A DNA stretch of 54,982 bases from Segetibacter sp. (GCA_031424735.1 JANPIA010000388.1:1-54982); one strand, 5' to 3'; positions 10,572 through 21,262 are shown, counted from the first letter of the stretch. Notes: a model not told the origin generated them from the sequence alone. Translations and numbers: made by a program.

Positions 10572-10904
10572 TCAGCGAACTTTAGTTTTTGGGGCAACCA
10601 GCAAATACGATTCCTCTATAAACTTTTTCAGTCGCCGGTTAGGTAAACTTCCATCCACCACAATCGTATTCCAATGCTTTTTGTTCATGTGATAACCGGG
10701 CAATACGCATGGGTATTCTTCACGAAGTTCGATGGCCTTTTCAGGCAGGCATTTTACATTGAATTTTAATGGATGTTCGCCAAGGCTGGTAAGTAAAAAT
10801 ATTTTTCCGGCTACTTTAAATACCAGCGTGGTTTCTCCGAACGGGCAACCTTCTTCAGCGGCAGGCAGGGTTAAACAATATTCACGCAGTTCTTCAATAT
10901 GCAT
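10572..10904 (-). CDS. MmcQ/YjbR family protein
   Basis: LVFKVAGKIF, NVKC, PGYHMNKKHWNT. Confidence 0.9.
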   Translation of the reverse strand: MHIEELREYCLTLPAAEEGCPFGETTLVFKVAGKIFLLTSLGEHPLKFNVKCLPEKAIELREEYPCVLPGYHMNKKHWNTIVVDGSLPNRRLKKFIEESYLLVAPKTKVR

Positions 10905-10907
10905 ACC

Positions 10908-11414
10908 CTACCTTTTTTTAAAAATTGGTACGGTACTGCAGGGTTCGCCGTACATAATGCTTTTTGCGAAAGGGCGCAGCTTAGTAGTGATCTCAACATA
11001 GGCCGCTTCTGGTACAGGCTGATCGCCACAACCTTTTATTACCACTCTTTTATCAGCATAATCTTCCCCGTTTATGCGGGCGATATTTTTAATAAAAAGA
11101 GTGTTGAACAAATGGGTTTCGTCACCAAACACAACAGTTTTTGCAACCGGCTGAAGATGGCTTGCCGCCAGCATGAACGACCACATGGGTACAATGGCAT
11201 CGGCACTGCAGGTTAAGGCTACATTTTTATTTCTATACTGTTCCCAGTCGGTAGTTAATAAAGCAGCACGATAATCTTTCTCCTTCAAAATCAAACCCCG
11301 AAATAAATAATCTTTCAAGTCGAACACCGCGGTTTCGCCATTCGGGTAATATTCTTCAAGATCGATGGATATAAGCGAGCTTTCAGCAACCTTATTTACA
11401 ATTATATTTTCCAT
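10908..11414 (-). CDS. DUF2480 family protein
   Basis: IVNKVAES, ILKEKDYR, CSADAIVPMW, VVIKGC, KSIMYGEPCSTVP. Confidence 0.85.
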   Translation of the reverse strand: MENIIVNKVAESSLISIDLEEYYPNGETAVFDLKDYLFRGLILKEKDYRAALLTTDWEQYRNKNVALTCSADAIVPMWSFMLAASHLQPVAKTVVFGDETHLFNTLFIKNIARINGEDYADKRVVIKGCGDQPVPEAAYVEITTKLRPFAKSIMYGEPCSTVPIFKKR

Positions 11415-11571
11415 AGTGCCAAAGTTACAATGCTGAAAATTAAAAGATGTTCTTTAGCCTGTTAACATAGCCGATTACTTCTGACGTCTCCAACACATCT
11501 CACCCTATTTAACAATAAAGCTTATTGTCCCTGGTAACAGTTATCGAGGTTATAAAAAATAAAAAGCCTGT

Positions 11572-11603
11572 AAACAAAAACAACCCCGCAAAATGCAGGG
11601 CTG
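11572..11603 (-). terminator. Intrinsic terminator of ppiD
   Basis: Minus strand CAGCCCTGCA-TTT-TGCGGGGTTG followed by TTTTTGTTT. Confidence 0.7.
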
Positions 11604-11628
11604 CTGATATATTAAAATAGGGGTTTCA

Positions 11629-13746
11629 CTAAAAAAAGTCGAACCTGTTATCTTTAATTTTAGCCGATTTTTTAAGTGCTTCCATGCTGCGGTAGCTGCC
11701 CATTTGCTTTTGTTGCATTTCCATTTGTTTACGGCGGTCTTCGGCATTACCCGCAGTATTAGGAACAGCAGATATGCTTTCACCTTTTACAACAAATACC
11801 CCCGTGTTTCCGGCAATAGGTTCGCTTACTTTGCCCTGTAACGCTTTGTTGAAGGCGGCACCGGTTACCTTTGGTTCGTTACCAACGTTTGGAATAAATG
11901 GCTGTGAAAAACTAATACTGTCTGCAACCTGTACCGGTACGCCTGCCGACTGGGCTGCGGCTTCAATGGTAGCCGCACTTTTTAGTTTAGTATTGATGAT
12001 TTGCTGCGCCTTTTTCTCGTTGCGGATAAATGGTTCAGCAGAAACTCTTGCTTTTGCAACACTCATCATACCGGGCTCATCAACCGAGGTAACCATAGCC
12101 ACTACATACTGATCATTCACGTCAAAAGGTTCGCTGATATCGCCGGCCTTGTTTTCGTACACCCACTTTATCAACGGACGACTTTCGCCAACACCACCCA
12201 ATTGAAAATCGTTTTGTTTGATTTCTGTTGCAGTCATGGGAGTTTTGCCCAGTTTTTTTGCGTTTTCCTCAAACGACTTTTTATCGCGGCTGGTTGCTGC
12301 AAACTGCGATGCTGCTTCGTTGGCTGTATTAATGGTTTCCTGGCTTGCTACAATTTGTTTAGATAGATAGGCGACATTGTACGCCGTTTCAATTTTATTT
12401 TGTTCCAATACTTCTATATAATGGTAACCGCTGTATTGCGCATTTTCAACCTTCACTACTTTTTTATCGCCGGTGTTGCCATAAAAAATTGTTTCAGAAA
12501 ACTCCTTACTCAGGTTAGGAAACTGGGTAGAGGCGAAATCATACTCACCTTTAGTTGTTTTGCTGCCTTTATCGTCGCTTACTTTTAAAACCATTTCATT
12601 AAAATCGGCGCCGGCTTTAATTGCGTTTACTACGCTATCAATTCGTGCCTTTGCAATACTATCTGGTAAAACGGGTTGCCCTTTTTCTGCTGTTTTAACT
12701 AGTATGTGCCGGCATTTAACGCTATCCGGCATCGAGCGTTTCCCGATCATTTTTGCAAGTGTATAATTCGTAGCATCTACGTAAGGTCCGTAAACCTGCC
12801 CGTTGGCTAAGTTTTTTATGCTGTCGGCAAAAGGCACCTGCATTTTCGATCCCAACACATAACCATTAAAATAAGGCGTTTCGCTGGATACTCTTCCGAG
12901 GTAAGCTTCGGCCTCGGTAGCATTTGCAAATTCACTTTTTAAATTTTCCACCTGTGCTAATGCTGCTGCGGTATCCTTACCATTGGGTGCTGCATTAAAC
13001 GAAACATACGAAATACTGCGACCTGCTTCGTCCTGTTTGAATTCCGATTTATGAGCGTTCATATAGGCTTTCACTTCATCGTCAGAAACCTGTATGGTGC
13101 TATCAACAATAGTTGAATAGGCAACGGTAACGTAGGATATGCGTGCAACAGCGCTTTCTTCGGCAATTGTTTTTTCGGCCATCCATTTGGGAACATAAGT
13201 GCTTACACCCAGTAAAGCCATGTACTTGCCGCGAAGACCCGAGCTAATGGTTGGCTCGATATAAGCCTGGTTAAACATTTCTGTTTGCGGGTTGGCTTTT
13301 TGCTTTTTAATACCGGCAAAATACTGCTTGGCTGCGCCTACATTAAACTGCCCGGTCTTTTGATCGGTAAATTCATTTTTTAACCATTGGGGCGGGTTAG
13401 CACCGAACAAAACATCGTTCAATTCTTTTGCACCCATTTGCAAACCAAGCTTTTCATATTCCTGCTGCATCACTAGTTCATCAACCGTCATGTTCCAAAC
13501 ACTATTAATCAACTCTTCGCGAGGAGCGCTTTGCTGACCATACATGGTTTGCTGAAGTGTGATCTTTTTCTCAAATTCAACACGGTCAATTTTTTGTCCG
13601 TTAACTTTACCCAGGGTAGAATTGTTACCTCCTGACCCGCGTCCGCCAACAAATGCATCCATTAATATAAATGCAATCAAACTGAGGGCAATTAAAGCAA
13701 TCACCAACGCCGCATATTTATCGCGGATTTTTTGAATAACCGACAT
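11629..13746 (-). CDS. ppiD: PpiD-like membrane-anchored chaperone/PPIase (SurA N-terminal + parvulin domains)
   Basis: MSVIQKIRDK followed by a TM; SurA_N helical region; parvulin motif VKCRHILV...SDDKGS; 705 aa. Confidence 0.85.
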   Translation of the reverse strand: MSVIQKIRDKYAALVIALIALSLIAFILMDAFVGGRGSGGNNSTLGKVNGQKIDRVEFEKKITLQQTMYGQQSAPREELINSVWNMTVDELVMQQEYEKLGLQMGAKELNDVLFGANPPQWLKNEFTDQKTGQFNVGAAKQYFAGIKKQKANPQTEMFNQAYIEPTISSGLRGKYMALLGVSTYVPKWMAEKTIAEESAVARISYVTVAYSTIVDSTIQVSDDEVKAYMNAHKSEFKQDEAGRSISYVSFNAAPNGKDTAAALAQVENLKSEFANATEAEAYLGRVSSETPYFNGYVLGSKMQVPFADSIKNLANGQVYGPYVDATNYTLAKMIGKRSMPDSVKCRHILVKTAEKGQPVLPDSIAKARIDSVVNAIKAGADFNEMVLKVSDDKGSKTTKGEYDFASTQFPNLSKEFSETIFYGNTGDKKVVKVENAQYSGYHYIEVLEQNKIETAYNVAYLSKQIVASQETINTANEAASQFAATSRDKKSFEENAKKLGKTPMTATEIKQNDFQLGGVGESRPLIKWVYENKAGDISEPFDVNDQYVVAMVTSVDEPGMMSVAKARVSAEPFIRNEKKAQQIINTKLKSAATIEAAAQSAGVPVQVADSISFSQPFIPNVGNEPKVTGAAFNKALQGKVSEPIAGNTGVFVVKGESISAVPNTAGNAEDRRKQMEMQQKQMGSYRSMEALKKSAKIKDNRFDFF

Positions 13747-13799
13747 AATCTTTTATAGCTTTTAAAAAGTGGATGGCAAAAATAGGGGAATATATGGTT

Positions 13800-14322
13800 T
13801 GAACAAATTGTGGATAACGTACGAAATGCTTGCCGGTACTTATTTTTAAAAAGTAAACGTCCTGTTTTTTTTCGATAGAATCGTTCCCCATGAATTGAAA
13901 AATAAAAAAGGGTTTTTGGGTTTCCACAACTGCATGTCAGTAAGTGGTTTTACCTGTGGAAAACCAGGCTTTTATCAGTTTTAAAAAGTGAGCAAATGGC
14001 AAATAACTTATACAGGTAGCTCCTAAAGCAATTGGGTGGTTAAGAAACCGGGAGTTTTCAGGTACATAGTTCACAATGGATTTATAGTAAGAAGTCATTA
14101 ATCTTTTACAGCCTGTTAGTAATCCACCAATGTTAAAAAACTATGAAGAAGCTATATGATTATATAAAACACCCTGTGCAGTATTTGTTAATAGCGGTGG
14201 ATAAAGCAGGTTCATTTAAATTTGCAAATAGTTCTACTAAAAAGTTATCCCGCAATTAACACCCGTAATAGTAGTAGCTTATTTATAAAAAAGAATAAAC
14301 TATATATAATACTACAGTAGTT
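13800..14322. other. Putative chromosomal replication origin (oriC)
   Basis: Perfect DnaA box TGTGGATAA 13809-13817; TGTGGAAAA 13955-13963; GGTGGATAA 14196-14204; TGTTARWAR variants at 14114, 14131, 14186; CCCG then TAATAGTAGTAG trio-like run 14266-14277; AT-rich tract 14279-14322. Confidence 0.65.
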
Positions 14323-15330
14323 ATGAACATAACAGAAGCATCAAAAAAAATAGAGCAAAATGGCTTTCTCGATTTGGAGATAGATGTAAACCTGGACTTG
14401 TTTGCCGAAATTGAAAGATTGAAAAAAGAAAAGAACGCCATTGTACTTGCACATTTTTACCAGGAACCCGATATACAGGACGTTGCTGATTATATAGGCG
14501 ACAGTTTAGGACTAGCCCAAAAAGCGCAGAGTACTAGCGCAAATATGATAGTGTTTGCCGGTGTTCATTTTATGGCCGAAACGGCTAAAATTTTAAATCC
14601 TACCCGAAAGGTTGTGTTGCCCGATCTGAAGGCTGGGTGCTCTTTAGCCGACAGTGCCCCTGCGGACCTCTTCAGGGCGTTTAAAGAGAAGCACCCTGAC
14701 CATGTAGTGATAAGTTATATTAACTGCACAGCGGACATCAAAGCGCTCAGCGATATAATTTGCACAAGTAGCAACGCGGAGAAGATTATAGAGAGCCTTC
14801 CGAAAGATCAAAGGATAATTTTTGCACCAGATAAAAACCTCGGAGGATATTTGATAAAAAAGACCGGGCGTGATATGCTTTTATGGAACGGCGCCTGTAT
14901 GGTACATGAAATATTCAGCCTGGAAAAGATAACCCGTTTGAAGGCCAGGCACCCACACGCAAAAATAATTGCCCATCCAGAATGTGAGGAAGCTGTACTG
15001 GGTGTTGCAGATTACATTGGCAGTACTACACAACTATTAAAATTTGCTACCACCGATACGGGCGATGCTTTTATTGTAGCTACCGAAACAGGTATTCTAC
15101 ACCAGATGCAAAAAAATTCGCCCCATAAAACTTTTATACCTGCACCACCAAACAATGCATGTGCTTGCAACGATTGTCCATACATGAAGCTGAATACACT
15201 GGAAAAACTTTACCTGTGCATGGAGTATGAAACGCCAGAAATTACTATGGATGAAGCACTACGACTGGCTGCAAAAAAACCGATTGAAAGAATGCTGGAA
15301 ATAAGTAAAGTAGCGGGGTTAATAGGTTAA
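14323..15330 (+). CDS. nadA: Quinolinate synthase A
   Basis: [49 protein letters not shown]. Confidence 0.96.
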   Translation: MNITEASKKIEQNGFLDLEIDVNLDLFAEIERLKKEKNAIVLAHFYQEPDIQDVADYIGDSLGLAQKAQSTSANMIVFAGVHFMAETAKILNPTRKVVLPDLKAGCSLADSAPADLFRAFKEKHPDHVVISYINCTADIKALSDIICTSSNAEKIIESLPKDQRIIFAPDKNLGGYLIKKTGRDMLLWNGACMVHEIFSLEKITRLKARHPHAKIIAHPECEEAVLGVADYIGSTTQLLKFATTDTGDAFIVATETGILHQMQKNSPHKTFIPAPPNNACACNDCPYMKLNTLEKLYLCMEYETPEITMDEALRLAAKKPIERMLEISKVAGLIG

Positions 15331-15331
15331 T

Positions 15332-15362
15332 AAAAAACCCGCATGGTGGGTGCGGGATTTTT
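15332..15362. terminator. Bidirectional intrinsic terminator between convergent nadA and the MBL-hydrolase gene
   Basis: AAAAAA-CCCGCA-loop-TGCGGG-ATTTTT. Confidence 0.7.
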
Positions 15363-15379
15363 GTTTGGATTTTAAAGCT

Positions 15380-16381
15380 TTAAAAGTTGTACTCAACATC
15401 CAGCAGGTTATCTATTTTTCTTTTCTTCACCTTTTTCTTTTTATCACTTAAAATAAGTGCCAGTACAAAAACACTGGTTACAGCAACTACTTTTAAGGCT
15501 AAGGCGTTTCTGTCAAAATTATCCTGGGGCAGGTAAACAACTCCATTTGCATCCGTAACCGCCGGATCGTGAGCATACCTGCCATTTGAAGGAACTGCAA
15601 TTTCGCTGAAATGTTGTGATAATGTAAGTAAAGCATCTCTTAATTCATCGCCGCGCATTGGCTTTCCGTGCCCGGAGGCTGCCACTTTTGGATGTAGGTC
15701 GGCCAACTCCATCACCGAATTTTCCGCAGCAATCCAATCGTATGTAAAATATTTTGGGGGTCCATGCATTTTCTTTTTCTGCATCATTACAGAAAACGCA
15801 GACTCCTGGTTTGTGGTAACAAAAGCATCACCAGCAATCAACACCCGATCGAGTTCGCGGTAGAAACTTACGTGGCCCGGCGAATGACCGGGTGTGTGTA
15901 TCCATTTCCATTCCTTCAATCCTGGTATCATTCCTTCAGCAGGCAGCACGTTGATCCTGCTCCATATATCTATAGGCGAGCTTGGGTAAACCCAAGCCAT
16001 GTAGGTCATTAAACCACCGCCTACTGTTGGGTCCGGTGGTGGATACGATGATTTACCGGTGAGATATGGGATTTCCATATAGTGTGCATAAACGGGTACG
16101 TCCCATTCTTCAGCCAATTTAGAAAGGGAACCAACGTGATCGAAATGCCCGTGCGTTAAAACAATTGCAGTTGGCTTGCTACCCTCGCCAAAAAGAAAAT
16201 TTGCCATCTTTCTGATTTTAGGTGCCGACCACCGAAGCCCGGCGTCAACCAAAACCCAATCATTTTCTGTACTTGTATCTTTAATCATATAAAAGTTTAC
16301 AAATACATCCTTCATCCCCCAAACGCCAGGGGCAACGGTAAATATCTTTTTAGCGATCTGGTCGTGAGCAGTTGTTTTCAT
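15380..16381 (-). CDS. Metallo-beta-lactamase fold hydrolase (YflN-like) with C-terminal membrane anchor
   Basis: LVDAG, THGHFDHVG, HTPGHSPGH, AGDA, SGHG; C-terminal hydrophobic helix followed by a poly-Lys stretch. Confidence 0.88.
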   Translation of the reverse strand: MKTTAHDQIAKKIFTVAPGVWGMKDVFVNFYMIKDTSTENDWVLVDAGLRWSAPKIRKMANFLFGEGSKPTAIVLTHGHFDHVGSLSKLAEEWDVPVYAHYMEIPYLTGKSSYPPPDPTVGGGLMTYMAWVYPSSPIDIWSRINVLPAEGMIPGLKEWKWIHTPGHSPGHVSFYRELDRVLIAGDAFVTTNQESAFSVMMQKKKMHGPPKYFTYDWIAAENSVMELADLHPKVAASGHGKPMRGDELRDALLTLSQHFSEIAVPSNGRYAHDPAVTDANGVVYLPQDNFDRNALALKVVAVTSVFVLALILSDKKKKVKKRKIDNLLDVEYNF

Positions 16382-16504
16382 AAAGCGATCGTAGTTTAAA
16401 TAATGAAAAATGATTGAGTGACACTTTCAGGCTAATAAAAACATGCCAGCGAGGTTTTGGCGGCAGCGGCACCCTTTTTATAGCAATCTATTTAAAACTA
16501 TATT

Positions 16505-17065
16505 ATGCCTACTGAAAAAAAATTGCCCACTGAAGAAGGTAGTGGAAAAGAGGAAACCAAACCGATGACTAAGCCACAGGAAGTACAGGAATCGAATGAC
16601 GAAAAGATTGACCAGGATTTTCCGGGGTACCCACATTATCCGGCCAAAGAGGATATACTGGACCCGCGAAACAAAGTTGAACGTGTAGACTTAGATCTTG
16701 AAAACATGAACCGCTCATTGGGTGAAACTGCTGCAATTCCAAATAAGGCAACAAATACGCAACCGGCAGTGGACGAATTGCAAAAAATGGAAGATGATGA
16801 CCTTGAAATTATACAGGGAACAGACGCTGATGTGACTGCCGAAGACTTAAGATTATTGGAAGCTGAAAACGGCGAGGTGATAAAAGTTGATGACGATATG
16901 AACTTATCTGGTTTTGAATCCGGCGACATTAATGGAGGAGATTTGGATATTCCGGGTTCGGAATTGGATGACGAAAATGAAGCGATTGGGGAAGAAGATG
17001 AAGAGAATAATTATTATAGCCTTGGTGCGGATAAGGAAGATGCATTGGAAAACGATCTGTCTTAA
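16505..17065 (+). CDS. Very acidic, probably disordered hypothetical protein
   Basis: 186-aa ORF; FPGYPHYPAKEDI and DLDIPGSELDDENEAIGEEDEENNYYSLG motifs; D/E rich. Confidence 0.75.
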   Translation: MPTEKKLPTEEGSGKEETKPMTKPQEVQESNDEKIDQDFPGYPHYPAKEDILDPRNKVERVDLDLENMNRSLGETAAIPNKATNTQPAVDELQKMEDDDLEIIQGTDADVTAEDLRLLEAENGEVIKVDDDMNLSGFESGDINGGDLDIPGSELDDENEAIGEEDEENNYYSLGADKEDALENDLS

Positions 17066-17287
17066 AGTAGGTGAGTAATAATTTGCGCAGTCTAGCGTCT
17101 CCGCTTGTAACGCATTCCCCCCCTGTTTTAAATTTTTCCTGTTGAGGCTATTAAACAACTTTGTGTATTCCCACTAAACAGAAAGTATAAATCGTGCATT
17201 TGCTGTTATTTTTTTGAACCATTACAAGTCTTTTATCGTTAATCCAACTCATCTGATTAATAAAAAAATCAAAACAAAAAATTTTTT

Positions 17288-17884
17288 ATGAGAAAGTATT
17301 TGAACAAGGTAATGGTAGCATCCATTGTTGTGATGGGTTTAACAGCCTGCGGCGATTCCGCAACTACCGAAGCTACAAAAGACACGATGTCTTCGGTTGA
17401 AAAAATGGATACAACGGCAACTGTATCAGAAGAGCAAGGCGTTATGGTTGGCGGTGCTAACATGGTTCCATCTAAAAACATTGTGGAAAACGCAGTTAAC
17501 TCATCAGACCATACAACGCTGGTTGCTGCAGTAAAGGCTGCTGGTCTTGCAGAAACATTGAGTGGTGCGGGACCTTTTACCGTATTCGCTCCAACAAATG
17601 AGGCGTTCGATAAATTGCCAAAAGGCACAGTTGAAAACCTGTTGAAGCCTGAAATGAAAAAAGACCTTACTGCTGTTTTAACTTATCACGTTGTGCCAGG
17701 GGCGCTGAAAGCGGCTGATTTAACAGATGGTCAGAAACTAAAAACCGTTCAGGGTAAAGAGTTAACGGTTTCTGTTAAAGAGGGCAAAGTAATGATTGAT
17801 GGTGCTAATGTTACTGTTGCCGATGTTGTGTCGAGCAACGGTGTTACACACGTTATTGATGCCGTGGTGTTACCCAAAAAATAA
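17288..17884 (+). CDS. Fasciclin (FAS1) domain lipoprotein
   Basis: Lipobox LTAC; [30 protein letters not shown]. Confidence 0.93.
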   Translation: MRKYLNKVMVASIVVMGLTACGDSATTEATKDTMSSVEKMDTTATVSEEQGVMVGGANMVPSKNIVENAVNSSDHTTLVAAVKAAGLAETLSGAGPFTVFAPTNEAFDKLPKGTVENLLKPEMKKDLTAVLTYHVVPGALKAADLTDGQKLKTVQGKELTVSVKEGKVMIDGANVTVADVVSSNGVTHVIDAVVLPKK

Positions 17885-17913
17885 CTGAAAAGTTTTCATT
17901 GTTGAGTTTTAAG

Positions 17914-17940
17914 TGCGGTCTCAGGGCCGCATTTTTTTTT
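17914..17940 (+). terminator. Intrinsic terminator after the fasciclin gene
   Basis: TGCGGTC-TCAG-GGCCGCA followed by T9. Confidence 0.8.
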
Positions 17941-18041
17941 GGTTAACATTAATTCCAAAATGTCTTCTTTCCTGGTAGTGTAATTTTCATGTGATGAAAC
18001 CCGGTTTAATGCAAACCACTATCAACTATCAACTGCGAACT

Positions 18042-18818
18042 TTAGGGAGTTTTACCAACTTTTACTTGTTGTGATTTTTGTTTTGAAGCTTTGTACAACT
18101 TGTAACCTTGCTGTATAAAATGCCCAAACTCCAGATCGTTCAGCATAAGAGACAGTTCATAAGTTGGTCTGAAAGCAACCATAAAACTATCCAGTTCGGC
18201 ACCAGTTATACCGGTAAGTTTTCGAACCAGGCTTTTGCTGTAGCGATGGTCAATATAACTCTCCTGCTCCTGCTGCAGTAATCGTTTTTGAAACGAAAGA
18301 GTTCTCCTGTTTTTTCTAAAACGAAACATGTTAATCAACTCGGTAAGGTCAAGTCCTACGCCAAACGACCCGGATGCCGGACCAAGCGAAGTAGTTCGCA
18401 GCGTTGGTTTTCTAAAGTTGAAGACCTTTGCATACACTTCCCTGTTTTGTACGGAATCGAGTTTATAATTTTTTTGCTTTACCGTTACGCCGGGTAATTC
18501 GGTCCCTTTCACTAAAATGGAAATGTCAAAATTATCAGGTGTTTGAATGCTGAGCACCGGGTATTTTGGGGTAGGTTTATTTAAAAAAGAGAAGTAAAGA
18601 GAATCCCTTTCAGTAACCATTATAGAATATTTGCCTAACGAATCGGTTACCGTACCCCTGCCTGAAGTGGATAATACGCTTACCGACTGGATGGGATTTT
18701 TTTTTGTAATGTCGTAGACCGTACCATTGATATACACCTGTGAGTACAGCACATTACTTATACCACATAAAAAGATAAGCTGGAAAAAAGTGAATGCGCA
18801 ATTTCTATACAAATGCAA
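18042..18818 (-). CDS. Exported protein with CarboxypepD_reg-like N-terminal domain
   Basis: Signal peptide; INGTVYD...GTVTDSLGKYSI...DSLYFSFL. Start (TTG) uncertain. Confidence 0.7.
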   Translation of the reverse strand: MHLYRNCAFTFFQLIFLCGISNVLYSQVYINGTVYDITKKNPIQSVSVLSTSGRGTVTDSLGKYSIMVTERDSLYFSFLNKPTPKYPVLSIQTPDNFDISILVKGTELPGVTVKQKNYKLDSVQNREVYAKVFNFRKPTLRTTSLGPASGSFGVGLDLTELINMFRFRKNRRTLSFQKRLLQQEQESYIDHRYSKSLVRKLTGITGAELDSFMVAFRPTYELSLMLNDLEFGHFIQQGYKLYKASKQKSQQVKVGKTP

Positions 18819-18897
18819 ATGTTTGGTTTGTAATATTAAGCATCCGCTTTATTTAAACATTTTTCGGTGTTAATTTTTAACGTTCTAATACAGATGA

Positions 18898-19980
18898 TCA
18901 AAGATATTTATCGCCTTTATTTCTCTTTACTTCGGCTACATATTCTTTAATCTCCTGTTCCTTATCCTGTTTGCAAATAAGTAATACATCGTCGGTATCA
19001 ACAATAATAAAATCTTCCAAACCCTGTAACACAAGCAGTTTATCGTGCTGTGCCGATACCATGCATTTCGTTGAATCGATCACCATTACATTGTTTCCGG
19101 CCACAGCGTTTCCAAAATAATCTTTCTCGAGGTTGTCGTATGCACTTTGCCACGTACCTAAATCGCTCCAACCAAAACTGCTGGGTATTACGTAAACATT
19201 ATCTGCTTTTTCCATAATAGCATAATCAATAGAAATGCTTGTACATAGTGGATAAATCTGGTCTATAACTTTTTTCTCGTCGTTTGTATTGAGTTTGCTT
19301 TTTTCTGCACCAAACAATTCAAACATTTCGGGTTGAAATTGCTCAAAGCTTTTTAAGATCGTTTTGAGCTTCCAGATGAAAATGCCGGCGTTCCATAAAA
19401 AATCACCACTCGAAATGAACGTTTTGGCAAGTTCCAGGTTTGGTTTTTCCGTAAATGTTTTTACGCGGAAAACATTGTCTTCAAAGCTTTCTGTTTCGTG
19501 CTGAATGTAACCATAGCCAGTATTAGGATAAGTTGGCTTGATGCCTAAGGTTACCAGTGCATCATTTTTATCTACAAAGCCCATGGCGTGGGCGCATATG
19601 GATTGAAAGCCTGCATTATCCAAAATCATGTGATCAGCCGGAGCAACAATCAAAGAAGCATCCGGATTTTTTTCCGCTATTTTAAAGGAGATGTAGGCAA
19701 TGCATGGCGCTGTGTTTTTTCTACTTGGCTCTGCAACAACGTTCTCCCGGGCCAGTTGTGGAAGTTGCTCGTACACTATAGATGTATATTCATCGGAAGT
19801 AACTACATAAATGTTTTCCTCCGGGATAAAGGATGCAAACCGTTCGTAGGTCCACTGTATAAGAGATTTGCCGGTATTTAATATATCAAGGAATTGTTTG
19901 GGATAATTGATGCGGCTTTTAGGCCAAAACCGGCTGCCAATGCCGCCGGCCATTATCACTACATAATGATTCTTATTCAT
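18898..19980 (-). CDS. manC: Mannose-1-phosphate guanylyltransferase
   Basis: IMAGGIGSRFWPKSR..PKQFL, EPSRKNTAP, FTEKP, WNAGIF, SIDYAIMEK, WSDLGTW. Confidence 0.93.
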   Translation of the reverse strand: MNKNHYVVIMAGGIGSRFWPKSRINYPKQFLDILNTGKSLIQWTYERFASFIPEENIYVVTSDEYTSIVYEQLPQLARENVVAEPSRKNTAPCIAYISFKIAEKNPDASLIVAPADHMILDNAGFQSICAHAMGFVDKNDALVTLGIKPTYPNTGYGYIQHETESFEDNVFRVKTFTEKPNLELAKTFISSGDFLWNAGIFIWKLKTILKSFEQFQPEMFELFGAEKSKLNTNDEKKVIDQIYPLCTSISIDYAIMEKADNVYVIPSSFGWSDLGTWQSAYDNLEKDYFGNAVAGNNVMVIDSTKCMVSAQHDKLLVLQGLEDFIIVDTDDVLLICKQDKEQEIKEYVAEVKRNKGDKYL

Positions 19981-20033
19981 ACTTTTTAAATGGGCGCAAA
20001 AGTAAACCCAATGTAGTTATGTGAATAATTTAT

Positions 20034-20999
20034 TTATACGATACCCTCCCTCACCAGGTCGTGAATATGCAGTACGCCAAGGTATTTATTCATCTCATCT
20101 GTTACCGCTAATTGAGAAATGTCGTTTTCTCTTAAACATTCCAGGGCGTTTACAGCAAGCTCGTTGGGTAAAATGGTTTTTGGATTTGATGTAAAAATAT
20201 CTGAAGCCCGAATGTGTTGCAGATCGCCATCTTTTTCCAGCATCCGGCGCAAATCACCATCGGTAATAATGCCGATGAGTTCATTTTGATGATTGACCAC
20301 CGCGGTTGCGCCCAGCCTTTTTTGCGTCATTTCAACAATTACCTGCCGAAGTGTTGCGGTACCCAAAACTTGCGGCGGATCATTTTGAGAGAAGAGGTCT
20401 GCAACCCTCAGGTATAAACGCTTACCCAAATTTCCACCAGGATGAATTTTGGCAAAATCACTGCCGCTGAATCCTTTCAATTCCATCAGGCAAACTGCCA
20501 GGGCATCACCCATAACTATTTGTGCGGTAGTGCTGCTGGTAGGTGCAAGGTTATTGGGGCAAGCTTCTGCACTAACGGTTGTGTTTAAAACATAGTTGCT
20601 TTGGTTGGCCAAAAACGAATTGGTATTGCCAACCATACCGATCAATGGGTTTCCAAAATTTTTTATCAGTGGAACCAGCAATTTAATTTCGGGACTTTCG
20701 CCACTTTTACTGATGATCATTACAATGTCGTTCTGCTGTATCATACCAAGGTCGCCATGGATTGCATCGGCAGCGTGCATAAATAAAGATGCAGTTCCGG
20801 TACTATTTAAAGTAGCTACAATTTTTTGGGCGATGATGGCGCTTTTGCCAATTCCGCTAATAACAAAGCGTCCCGGTGTTTCGTTTATAAGGTGTACGGC
20901 TTTTTCAAAGTCAACGGTCAGCAACGATGCTAAACCATCAACCGACTGAGCCTCAAGCCTGATGGTTCGGATAGCAGTAGATAAAACTGTAGAGTTCAT
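20034..20999 (-). CDS. kdsD: KpsF/GutQ family arabinose-5-phosphate isomerase (SIS + 2 CBS)
   Basis: SGIGKSA, HGDLG, SKSGES, EACPNNLAPTSST, HPGGNLG, CBS GIITDGDLRR. Confidence 0.92.
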   Translation of the reverse strand: MNSTVLSTAIRTIRLEAQSVDGLASLLTVDFEKAVHLINETPGRFVISGIGKSAIIAQKIVATLNSTGTASLFMHAADAIHGDLGMIQQNDIVMIISKSGESPEIKLLVPLIKNFGNPLIGMVGNTNSFLANQSNYVLNTTVSAEACPNNLAPTSSTTAQIVMGDALAVCLMELKGFSGSDFAKIHPGGNLGKRLYLRVADLFSQNDPPQVLGTATLRQVIVEMTQKRLGATAVVNHQNELIGIITDGDLRRMLEKDGDLQHIRASDIFTSNPKTILPNELAVNALECLRENDISQLAVTDEMNKYLGVLHIHDLVREGIV

Positions 21000-21109
21000 A
21001 TGGCGGCAAAAATACGGTGGTTAGGTCAGGTAACAGTTGTGCTGCCGGCATATAAATAGGTAGCAGGTAACTTTAACAGCTAAGGCTTTCTAAACCTGCC
21101 ATCATACTG

Positions 21110-21117
21110 TAGATTTG
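21110..21117 (+). promoter_or_regulatory. Bacteroidota housekeeping promoter -7 element upstream of recQ
   Basis: TAGATTTG matches TAnnTTTG. Confidence 0.45.
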
Positions 21118-21262
21118 CCGTCATTGAAAAATTGCCGATAAGAGTTGTATCTTTTAAACGGAGCGTCGCAAGTAAAGCTTAATTGATTCACTACGGCCGG
21201 CAACATTAATATACCCCCAACGAATATCAGAGACCACGAAAGTGGAGGAGGAGACTTGAAAA

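Noticed and set aside
13747-14322. NAD riboswitch or NrtR operator upstream of nadA, and ORF 13718-13927
   Set aside because: No convincing structure or operator palindrome is visible; the region is better explained by DnaA-box-like motifs, and the ORF has no protein-like features.
18018-18041. Heptamer periodicity ACTATCA-ACTATCA-ACTGCGA-ACT
   Set aside because: Only about three degenerate units; too short to call a repeat element or CRISPR.
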